In this document: piece by piece, positions 51,557 through 62,971 of the stretch | How positions within the stretch are numbered: position 1 is the first letter of the stretch | Layout of the letters: the number at the start of each line of letters is the position of its first letter | From: Moniliella sp. 'wahieum' | Taxonomy: Eukaryota | Assembly (NCBI GenBank): GCA_003971905.1 | Contig: RSEE01000020.1 | Span: forward strand, 186,001 to 250,000 | Reading direction: 5' to 3' | DNA length: 64,000 nt | Made by a program: the position numbers and the translations under genes | The notes under the pieces: generated by a model | The model's database searches: none | Seen by the model: only the letters and a program-made list of their open reading frames with translations | What the model was told of the DNA's origin: nothing

Positions 51557-53207
51557 TCACCATTTGCCGACGCGGTTGCCATTTTTGGAGGCCACAACAT
51601 TAGCCTCGAGTTTGGCATGTTCCACCACCTCGTACGCCTTTCCAGGTACAATGTAGGCCAACGCCGTCTTGTTGGGTACCTTCTCCTTGCCGCCCTTGGC
51701 TGCTGCCACTGCCGCCTCGGCCTCAGCCACGGCCTGGCGTGTCGCCTGGGACATCCCATCAGCATCGGCTGCCTCGAGCGCCTTGCGCGCCTTGAGCTTG
51801 GCAATCTTGTCCTTGGCCATCTCATACCCTCCATCAATCACACCCACCCGCATGGTGGCAAGCAGGTTCTGTGCCGCATTCGAGTGATCGTAGATTCCGC
51901 CGCAGAAGGCAGTCGTGGCATCCTTACCGATCTTGGCCCTCACCAAGGCCCGGCCACCAGGGTGGCCGTCCATAAAGCCAGTCAGGTCATGCACAATCCC
52001 ACAGACCACCGTCAAGTCGCGCGTCTTGCTCTCCTCGACAAATTCGTCCCACGTCACAATGGGAAGCGACCTGATCTCTTTGGGGTACTGCAGCTTCTCC
52101 TGCTCTTGGTGCATCAAGACAAGTTGCATTTGCAGCCGACCCTTGCGGATCTCATTCTCGGGGAAAAACTTGAGGTCGTAGGCCAAACCGACGTAGGAGA
52201 GAAGGAAGATGAGCCACTTAGTAGGGTCGTAGTGGTACCAGCGGATGCCATTGCGCGTGTCGGCCGGGAATTGATGGTGGTAGTTGTGGTACCCCTCACC
52301 TACGGTGACCAGGGCGGTGATCCAATTGTCACGGGGCGAGTGCTTGTTGTCATACGTCGCATCCCCAAGCCAGTGAGCGAGCGAGTTGATGCAGAAGGTG
52401 GCATGGTGAACAATCACAAGACGAACCATCCCGCTGTAGAAGAAGCCGCCGCGCCAGTCTCCCCATCCCAAGCCGGCCACCAGCGTGGGTACACCCAGCC
52501 CCATGAACAGGATCAGGGGGACGTAATGCCTGTGCTGGAACTGCACCACCGGGTTCCGACGCAAATCCGACACATCGGCACTGCCAATCGGACGACGCGG
52601 CTTGATCAGCATCCAGCCCATGTGAGCAAAGAGAACCCGCGGGCAGCCGAGTAGGGATCAAGGTCCGTGTCGGTGTAGCGGTGGTGAGCGCGGTGGCCCC
52701 GGGACCACCAATGGATGGATCCCTCCATCGCACTCGATCCAGCCAGCATAAACACATACTCCAATGGCCGTTTGGCCGAGTAGGAACGGTGCGCCCAGAG
52801 ACGATGGTAGCCCGCTGTGACACCAAGACCTGACCACAAATAGTAGATGAAGGTCCAGATTGCAGTCTTGAGCTGCAACTGGGTGGTGCAGATACCGTAC
52901 ACGGCCATGAGAGGTGTGACGGTCAAGATGGTAAACGAAATCCACTGCAGTTCTTGGAGGATGTTCTTCCACTCAAACGGGGGAAGTGCAGGTGGTTTGT
53001 TGAGTGCTTGTTGAATGTAGTTATCCTCAATCTCTTGCCGGTGGACCTCATCTTGGGGAGCAGGGACCATGCCCTTGTTCCCTTGCTGGACCTTGGCCTC
53101 ATAGGAAGACAGGGGCGAGAAGTCGGTCTCGTCAGCGGAGGTGGGAGGGTGGTGACCCCGTGCCTTTGGCGCAGCTGGGGCGCGAAAGAAACTTCCGAGT
53201 GGGCCAT
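51557..53207 (-). CDS. OLE1: Delta-9 fatty acid desaturase with C-terminal cytochrome b5
   Basis: His boxes GYHRLWAHRSY, HRAHHRYTDT and GEGYHNYHH; cytochrome b5 HPGG and HSNAA. Frameshifts near 52630 and 53100. Confidence 0.95.
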
Positions 53208-56200
53208 GGGAGGAGGGAAAGTAGGAGATGGAGGATGAAAAGACCCAAAAGGAAGGGGCAATAACTGATGAGTGGCATATATACTACACCGCGACCAACC
53301 TACCTCCTCATCGCATGAAGTTGTGTACTTGAGGCCGGACATGCAGTGTCCCCGAGCTTCAAGCGTCACGCGTCACTATTCAATCTTGACCGATCCCACA
53401 CAGAACAGGTGCGTCGAGGCAGGGGCAGGGACAGACGGACACCAAAGGGGGATGCGGTCTGCCATGGGAAGCTAGGGAAGACGGCAGGCACGGCGCGTAT
53501 CCAGGCGGCGCTTCTAGTTACTAGGACCGTTTCGTTTGGGTGGGGAGGACCCGGCAGGAGGTGCGCAGGTGTGTGGCAGCACGGCTGAGCGCGGACATGG
53601 CACCACCCTAGCGTGTTTGCCGGGCGCGGAGGAGGCTGAGCTGAGTGTACTGAGTCCCACGCACCGAGGGCGGAGAGGGGCGGAGTTGTGAGGGCACGCT
53701 ATGGGCTGGACGGCTGGGAGGCGCGAGAGGCTGCCAGGAAGGGAAGCCGACGGCCGAGGCAGCACCAGGACCAGCGTCCGCCGCCTTCTGCAGCCCGACC
53801 CTCCGAAGCCCGACCCTCCGAGGCCCCGAGCCCGACAGCCCGCCCGCCCGAGAGGCCGAGCAACCGGGGCCGTATATTGATAGGCTCCCCAGCTACGGGT
53901 GAGGTCACCGGCCACAGTTATGTTGCAGCGACACACTGGTGCAGCGCCTGCCGCACTTCATTTCCACGATGCCAATTTCACCGCTCACCCACCACTGATC
54001 ACCCCTCAAGATCGGTCCATTCTGCCGCATCGCTTCACCCCTGCGTTTCCACCTTGGCTCTTCTTGCCTGTGGCGCACCACAGAGGTCGGTTCCGTCCAC
54101 CGACACGTGTAACGTGTAACACTGGTCCCAACCTCCTGCCGTCCATCTGCTGCCCAATCCGAACACTGCGTTCGCTGTAAGTTTGGGTTCCTATACGAGA
54201 GCCCAACCTTATAGCATTCTAGCAGCATTCTATTGTAGGCTGATATATTGATACGGTATAGTCGCAGTATTGAGAGTACCATGGGAGTGGCACAGGGCAC
54301 AAACCCGAAACATAAACCAGTAATATATCTCCAAACTTTAACTACGAGAGGAGCTTGGACCAGCACCTAGTAAACGCCTATATATGTGTTGGCTACCAGT
54401 CGTAGAGATTGGCAGAGCCCCCGTCACGCGTCAGGCTTCAGTGACTACAGTGACTGGCACGCGTAACCCGCGCGACACTTGAGTGTATTGGGCCAGTGCA
54501 TTCCAGAGTCCCTCCATGGGCTTCCGCCCGGGTCGGAACGTATCACACCCCACAGGCTAGCTCTTCTTTTGCTCCACAATATCATTTCCGCTGCCTATAC
54601 TGCCAACACCACAACACTGAGCCAACTAAAAGCGTCACTTCGCTCCACGGAGGAGGGGTACGGTCGCGCATCACGCCGGCGTTTGGGGGTTGGAGTTCAC
54701 CGTTCTCCGTTCTCCCTAATTCACCTCCGCTCGGTGTCGATGAGTGGCATGTGGCAATGCGTAGGTATTGCGGGGAAGCACTTTATATATGACACACACA
54801 TTTCTTAACGCCACTTCATTGCATATGAAAATATTTGAGGAAATCGGGCTGGAAAACTTCCTCATTCAGGCATCTCTCCTGGATGAGAACGTGTGTGCCT
54901 AATACAATACCTGGAAGATGGGTACTGGCAGGCTCTGCATCCTCTATCTGTTGCATCTCATATCCATTTGCATGCATTTGTGATGTGAGAAAGAAACGAT
55001 CCGCTAAAAGGACGATCGATGACTGAGCAATAACCTCTGTGACATGTGAGGTGGGATGATCGATGAGAGATATGAGATCCAAATACGGTGCCTACATGTG
55101 ACGTCCGGAGGAGAGGGACAATTTGGCGGCGTTGTAGCTCCATGCATGCATGGTAAATCCAAAATAAATCCAAAAATGTCGAAACATCTCTTTTCTGCCA
55201 GTTTAAGATCGGCATGTTGGTCATTCACCTTGGTCCTAGTTCCAGGTTCATACTAACGTTCATACTGGATGACGCCTCCTCGAAATTGTGGTGATTCGTA
55301 TGCACCGCACACATGTCCGAGACGACCGTCGCCGATCGTCAAACCTTTTTAAGGCAGGTTTTCTTACTCTTCAACTCGAGAGACTGACCTCTGATATAGC
55401 TCTTCCACTTCTTCCCCCGTGGAGTGTCCCACTTTATCCATCACAACCTTAGTTGCACTCTCGCCTTGATAAACAATAACATTGGTAATGGTGTGTGGTG
55501 TTCACACATTGTCGATGATGAGGTCCAACACACCACCAAATGGCCCTCCTTTCTCCTCCAGCGAGACGCTGCTGTGCTTGATATTATAAAACGGATGGCG
55601 GGCACCGGAGGGTCCTGATCTCCTGGCGATTCCCATGGTTCCTTAAGGGTTGGCGCTAGCAAGCAGCACACGCAAGATGAGCGGGTCCGTTTAGGCGTAG
55701 CGTTTCTTTGTCCCAGCCTTAATGTCTGTCAATGATATGGATGCAATACAGAGAAGATATGCTGTCGATGATGAGATACCTCAAGTTGTCAGCACACCTC
55801 TAATGCCGTCGAACAAAATTCTTTATGTGCCCAAGCCAATAGCCTTCTCATCTTCCCACAGTCTCTTCGAATAGCCCTCGTAGCCGTGTTCCCCTGAATA
55901 TGTGGGGGTACGCCGATCTCCCTATAAGCTAGCTGGCGGTGCCTCCATTACATACTGGTCCCCGTATTCGGCATAAGAGACACGACGGATGGAGCCGCGG
56001 AGGGGGGTCGAGGTCTGAATCGACCGGGCGTGTGCGCCTTATATGATTATCATTCCCCTCCATTATTCTCGCAATGGTCGGTAATAATTATAGGACCACA
56101 AAAGGGGAGAGATGGTGTCATTCTTCCACTGTTGGTCGATCTCAACTGATCTTCCCCCCCCACATCAGGACCATCATCATGGAGAGAAGAAAACCAAAGG

Positions 56201-56994
56201 TGCTCACCAGTTCATCGTGGTGGGAGTGTTGGAAGCAGTTGCACCGTGGATGTTGTAAGGGGCACTGCCCTCGTTAGAGGTTTAGTTTAGGCTTAGCCTG
56301 CCCCGCGCGTCCTATCCGTGGGGCCTCCACCTTTTGTTCTTCCAATTGTAAGCCGCTCGGGTGTACTATTAATAGTGGACACCACTGGCGTATTCCTCTG
56401 TTCTTCCCTACAACCACCACCTCTTCGCTCAACTCGTTACCTCGTTCTCGCTCATCTGCTTCTGGTAGCCCAGATGGCGCTGTCTGCCTGCCGTATAGTA
56501 CGTCGCTACAATAGATCCTCTCACACACGTCTCATATGCCAGTTCCCACGGATCACACAGACTCTATATGCAGAAGACCATAATGATGCTCGTACCTTCC
56601 GTTGGAAAAGCTGTGTCCACCACTTAGCTGACCACCCTTCGGCCTGAGGCACAACATTGTCCCGATACTTCTATCCTGTCGAACTGGCCCGGGTATGCGC
56701 GAGAAGAGGCTGATGGAGCCTTGGGCAGTTGGAAGAAAATCTAAATACGCCAGCCACTGCGACGCAGTCCTGTCACAGCACAGGGCAAGTGTGGTGTGTG
56801 ATTGATTGAACCTGGGCAGGCCGCCCCTATCTCGTTGGGCGGCAGGCCGAGCGCAGCACAGTGCCCCCACGCCGTGCCCAGGCCAGCGCTGCTGCTGGCT
56901 GCCTGGCCCCGGGCCACTCCCACCGCCGGCACCCTCCTCCATCTCCTCCACCTCCGCTGTCGACGCACCCCTGGCTCTTGGCTGTCCATCCAAC

Positions 56995-59900
56995 ATGCTG
57001 TCGTCCGGCGTGGATGCTGGGACCAGTACGCCCAGTGCGCCGCGCGCACCTTCGGTGGCGTCGTCTGCAGCGCAGTCGCTGCGGCGCTCCACCAGCAGCC
57101 AGCTCGTCGCTGCCCCCGCCCGCCCCGACTCGGAGGCGCTGCCCCACGAGCCGTCGCCCCGCCGTTCTCACAGCATTGCCTCCCGCCCGTCCACGCAGGC
57201 CCACCGCTCCAGCGCCGCCCACAGCCGCCACTCCCGCACGGCATCCGACACGACCCCACGTGCTTCGGCTGCGCCCGCGCCCGCTCCTGTACCTATCCCC
57301 ACCTCTGACGGCCTTGCCCCGCCACCGCCGGGCCCCTTGCCCCCGATCGAGACGGGTGTGCATGTACCCTCCCAGATTGTTTCAGGCGATGACCGTTTTT
57401 CCCGGCTTCAATTCTCACGTTGGACGTGCTACGGAGACCATCCCTTCCTCCGCTGCCCCCGGCCCCGCGAAGCCCATGTTCCCCACCCTCCCCCAGACGG
57501 CGGCTCTAAATCCCCCAGGGAGCCCTGTGTGGAGCAATGCGCCTGCCCATGACGCCGCCCGCAACGTTCACACTGCCTTCAAACGACGATTGCTGAGGCC
57601 GACTCCTACATCTACTTTTACGAACACAAGATCCAGCAAGAACGGCAGGCGATCAAAATGCAGCGGCAACTGCTTGATCGCCAAGCTGGTTCAGACGCCA
57701 AAATTGACAGGTTGGCGTTTGGGTGGCAGAAGCCTTCGACCATCATGCCCACAGTGCTTCGTACGCCTGGTGTGCCTGCCATGGCTACCCCAGGTACCAT
57801 GACCCCCGATGCCACCAACTCGCCTGGCGCCGAGATGCCTGCTCAGACAGTTCGTGAGACCTGGACTGAGCTCCGGCGTCACGACGTGGCCGAGATCCGG
57901 GAGAGGGTGGAGTGTCTCGATGCGCTGCAGGTCGAGGTTGTGGCTCCCTGGAAGGCGTTCCGGGATGAGCAAGAACGTATTTGCAGGCGGATCAAGGGCG
58001 ACCTCAATCTCTCCATGAACCGATACGAAGATGCTGTTAACAATCGTCTTCGCAAGGCCCAGACGGCGTATGGCAACAAGTGTCGAGAAGTGGAGAATAT
58101 TCGACGCCAGTTGGCCGAACTCGAGCAGGGAGGCAAGAAGAAGCCGCTGCCTCTTCTTCCGGGGCAAGGAAACGGACCCAATTCCCATCTCCCGGGTGCA
58201 ATCCCGTACAAGGCTGCCCTTTCCCGCTTGGGCACGCTGCGAAACAAGTTTCACCCAAGCTCGAGCGCCTCGTCTCCTGTCGATCGGGAACAAACGGGAC
58301 ATCCGGCCGCCCTAGCGGAGGAGCCAACTTCCTCAGTCAATGGACCGACGGACCACGCCCTCCACATGGCCATTATGAACATGTCCGACACGAGCTATCC
58401 CTTTCCTGGTGCCGTGGGTGGGCATCCCATGTCTAACCAGGTGAGCAGCATGCCCTCCCACCAGCTCAGTGTACACTCGCAACAGGCCGAGCATTCGGTC
58501 GTAGATGCTTCCCATGAGGAGAGTCAACTCCCTTTGGAAGAGAGTCCCTATGCCAGCCCGATTCGAGAGAGCATCGGTGCGAGCAAAACCAAGTTGGGCC
58601 TTAGCCGGGCCGTGAGCGCAGCAAGTGCGGGTATGGCCGGAATCGGGGCCGGACTCTGGGGAAAGAACAAAGGAGAGAAGGAGATCAATTCCCAACAGGG
58701 GCGGTACCCTCAATTCAACGGATCCCATCTTCCGCAGGGCAGCGGTCCTCCCATGCCTCAGATGGACGTCACGCCTCCTTCAGTGCCTACAGGAGATGCC
58801 GACGATGTGACCCCCCGTGCGAGCGTGGCAGATGCTGCTTCTATCCGTTCCTCGGTCGCTCCTTCGATTCAAAGTTCTATTCAATCATTCTCAACTGCTC
58901 CGGGGAACCCCTCTCGTGCTGTGCCGGAGGCAGAGCCGTTCCCTCAGCCGAATACTACCATGCCTGGTCCTGTGCCTTTCCACCAACCCGAGGGCGTGCG
59001 CTTGGAGGATCCCCTTCTGGGTGATCCAAGCATTGGCTACACCCCAACGGGAGGGATCATGGGTGGTCCCGGGGGAGATCCATCTGCGGGCGCAAGCGCT
59101 CAACACCAAGTTGGATAAGGCCGAAGAGGAGGACGAGAAGCTGGATTCGGCGTACCGGGCCATGGTATTTGAGGCCGAAACGCTGCGCGTGGACCAGGTG
59201 AAAAAGCTGCAATCTGCACTCAACACTGCGGTTGCGTCTCGACAGGAATTGGCAGGGCTAGTCCAGCAAACGTCAGTTGCCATGGCACGCCGGCAACTCC
59301 GTTTGCATGAACGTTTGACTGCAATCCAACATGTCGCACTGGACGATGCCCAGCGCACGACGGTCACACTCGATCAAGAGATGGAGCGGTTCCGCTATGC
59401 CTTGCCCACTGAGCGACAGGTTAACGCCAATCCCGACACGGTCTACGATAATTTGTACGTCGCCTTACCCTCTGCCTACTATGTGCTCGTGTACTGACAT
59501 TTTCTTAAACAGCTGGTATGGTCATTGTAAAGATCTACTGTTTGGATTCAACTTGACGGACTATGTCTTCAACCGTAAGAAGAAGCTTGGGACAATGAAC
59601 ACGGACGCTGTCTCGAACCATCCGCCGCTGATCGTGAGCAAGGTGATCGAATGGGTGGAAACGGGATGTGGCCAGTGGGCCGTCCCTCCCGCCAAGCAAT
59701 GGGAACTGTATGTGTTTGGGAGCGCGCCTCACGACGCTGTCCAAGACCTCGCCCGAGCGATGGAACAGGACGAAAGCGCGTTTAACTTTGCTACCCGGAA
59801 CGACCCCCCTCGTGCCGTCACAGCGCTTCTGCAGTTCTACCTGACTCAATTGCCGTCGGCGCCCTTACCTATCCCCTGGGTCAAACGTACCCAGCACACG

Positions 59901-61507
59901 ATCAATATGTCACAGAGCCCCGAAGAAGGGTGGGCGCGCCTGTCGCGTTGGATCCGTCAAAAGCCACTCATTAACCAAGTCACTCTCAAGGCCATTGTCC
60001 TCCATCTCGCTCGTCTGGCCTCCGTGGCTGACGCTGGCCCCGTTCAAGCCACTTCTGACCTGGCTCATGTCTTTGCCCCACTCTGTTTGGCAAACGACCG
60101 CACGCAGGAAGCGGGGGCGGATGTGGCTGCTGCCCTGGAAGTTGACCTCACCATGGCCGACCTGATTGCGAACCATGAACACATCCTCCCCCCTGACCCG
60201 ATGGAGGTCCCGTATTCCGCATGGGACGAGGGGCAAGCCGAGGTCCAGACCGAAGCCCTTCCTCCTCTCATGCCTACACTTTTGACTGAGGAGACTCCAT
60301 CGGAGAACGAGCATGACGGCGATCTGGCCAAGGCTGATGACCAACTCGAGCACAACTTCGATGACAAGCTGCTGGCTGGCGAATTAGATGGCAAACTTCA
60401 CGAGCCACTCCCTCAGGGGGGGAATTGCCACGCCCATGATGGCTCATTCCCCAGCGACTCTGCACACAGTGCGTATGACACGGCGGCATCGCACTTCCCT
60501 TCGATCCAAAGCCACGGGAGGAGAATGAGGAGGTGCAGGGGGGCGGGGAAGGTACCCCTTCTCTCCGCAGCTTGTCTCGCTTCGCCACCCCACTCCAGGC
60601 TGAGGAGGAGAAAGAAGGAATCGGACACCGGTACGGACCCGGGCATTGACACAGGTTCGGACACTAGCACGAACACTGATAAGCGGGTGGAGTCACACCT
60701 TCCCACTCCTCCCTCAGAGGCTAAGGGGACAGTATGGGGTCCTCCTCCTATGCCCCCCCCCCCGGTTCCCACATCGCCGACCAAGGGGTGCTGGATGCTC
60801 ACGCGATGCGACACGTAGGCAGTCCCTTGACTTTGCTTCAGCGTCAATCCATGCCTGAACGCGAAGTCGAATTTGACCCGCCTACGTCGGGCCCCCAATT
60901 CGAGACGGACGAAGACGAGGATGCGCCTTATCGTGGCCTGAGTTTTCCTCTACACTCGTCCTCTACCCGTTCGGATGCTACCCCGTACCCCAAGGATCCA
61001 CCCACTTCCCAGGCTCCCACTGAGCACCCGGGGGAAGACACGCACAGCGCCACCGCAAGCCTGTCCGAATGGGGCACCACTTCATCTCGTGCACAATCAC
61101 AGCGCAAACCCGCAGGCGCGGAGGCCGCCAAGGAACAAGCAGATGCTGTGGATAAGAAGCAGGTTTCGTCCCCTGAGAGTGGGCAGACGGTGTTGACGGA
61201 CCCATATGCCGATGCAGATGACGACCAGACTTTCCCTGCCGGTTCGCCTCATCCGGCACGCATCTCATTGACTCCCAGTGAGCCACGACACTCTCCCCTG
61301 AAGGATACCACCGGTCTCTCCCCCCAGCAGGCGAAACGAAGGGAAGCGGTGCGGTCCTCGCTCGTGTCGGATGCGCAGCGGCGCAGCAGCACCGCTTCTT
61401 CCCGGCGCCAGTTCCCCTCTGGTGCCCGTCGCAGCGTTCGGCGCAGTGTCTCTGGTGCCGACGTTTCCAGTCCCCTGGCCGAGGGCACTATGTCCCAGAA
61501 AGTTTAA
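56995..61507 (+). CDS. F-BAR plus RhoGAP-like domain protein with degenerate GAP active site
   Basis: Split F-BAR helices (TVRETWTEL...FRDEQERICRRIKGDL...AYGNKCREVE; AYRAMVFEAETLR); intron 59455-59512; WYGHCKDLLFGFNLTDY; PLIVSKVIEWVE; AVTALLQFYLTQLP; TLKAIVLHLARLA; LAHVFAP; low-complexity tail. Confidence 0.8.
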
Positions 61508-62971
61508 TTCTTCTCGATTTTCTCCCCCTCCTCCACCCCCACCTCCTGTCCCCTTTTTCTTCTTTCTAGTAATTCTCCTCCTTTCTCGCTTCTTTGGGCC
61601 CGGGTTGAGAGGGCGGCCTTTTGGCGTTGCGCCAACCCTGGGCCCAAGGAATTCTCAGTTCTCTGTTATCTGCTTACTACTCCCTGGTGCTATCCTTCTC
61701 TGTTAATCACTGTGCCTGTCTGTGGTTTTAAATAAACAAGGGTACCGTCTCGGTTGTGTTGACGCGTTGACGCACGCCCATCAAAATTGTATCCCCTTAT
61801 AGGCTGGGCCTTACATCGATCAGAGGTGGCGGCTTTCTCGATCAAACTCTCGGACCAAATGCCCCACATGACGGTATCCCGATGGCGATAACGACCGAGA
61901 TGTCAATGATTAATGAGAGAGGAGAGTTCAGCGGTACTATAGGCCAAAAAACTTTTTCGGGGGGGAGCTATAATAGGATGAAGAGTTGAAGGACCATACC
62001 CGGGCATTTTGGGCATGAATATGGATATGGAATGGACGTACCACTGCGATTAAAGCCATCAGTGGTTTCTTAGGTCTGTTAACGTTTAACCGTCATTGTC
62101 TATGTGGAAACGACTCTCGCAAACCAGCCGAATTTGGCCAAGTGGTGCCCCTAAATGCATCTCAACTGACTGATGCGCACTGTGGACGGAAGTTGCTTGT
62201 TTCGTACACCTGTGGTTCGTGGCCGGCACAGCCGTCGACGCCGTATCGCTGAAGGTGACAGCCTCCTCACACCAGAGAGAAATGATATTGGCTTGGTGTT
62301 GTGGTGAGAGAGTAGTGTAATAAGTGTGGGGGGAGCACAGTGCGTGGAAGTATCAAGAACAGGCGACACCCACACAGTGGTTGCAGTTAGCAAGGACGCG
62401 ATAGGCATCATGCATCTAATAACCCCGTCCAAAGCCACAGGATGCCTTGTGCGTTTGGCCAAAAATGCCTTCGGTCAGTAGCTCATACAGTCTCAGATCT
62501 CACGGCAAACCGTTCATTGCGGCAGAGGATGTGTGTTGGAGGCACATGAGTCGGAGGATGTGTCTCAAAAATGGGACTGCTATCCCAACAGGTCAGCTGG
62601 TACAAAAATGAGACAAATCGCATGCACCACACCTACTGATATTTCAATGGGGCCCCGCCCATCGATCACCTATCATCCATGCATCATACATCATACATCG
62701 ACAATCCGCGCACACACTGACCTCCTGCCGCAATCCCGCTAGCCCAACTGTCCGCACGGCGTCACTGTGTGTGCCTAAAGTACGCTCGCATGCCAGGCAC
62801 TGGCGCTGTGCCCAGGCGGGCCCAGCAGCACCCGAGCGCCTGAGCCTCGACCACGCCCGCTCCCTGATGGCCACATAAAAGGCCTGCACGCCGCCATCTG
62901 GCCCTCTTCTTTCTCCCACCACCGCCTGCCTTCATTCCTGCGACGCCGGCAAACGACACACAGCATCTGCA

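Noticed and set aside
51617..52654. 345-aa antisense ORF opposite OLE1
   Set aside because: Codon-bias mirror of a highly expressed gene with no domain signal.
47884..53207. HFD1 and OLE1 proximity as a lipid gene cluster
   Set aside because: Separated by cofilin, no shared promoter, and both are ordinary housekeeping genes.
54800..55700. Lower-GC ORF fragments (DFLKYFHM) resembling a PIF/Harbinger transposase
   Set aside because: The match is only a few residues, with no DDE motifs, TIRs or TSD.
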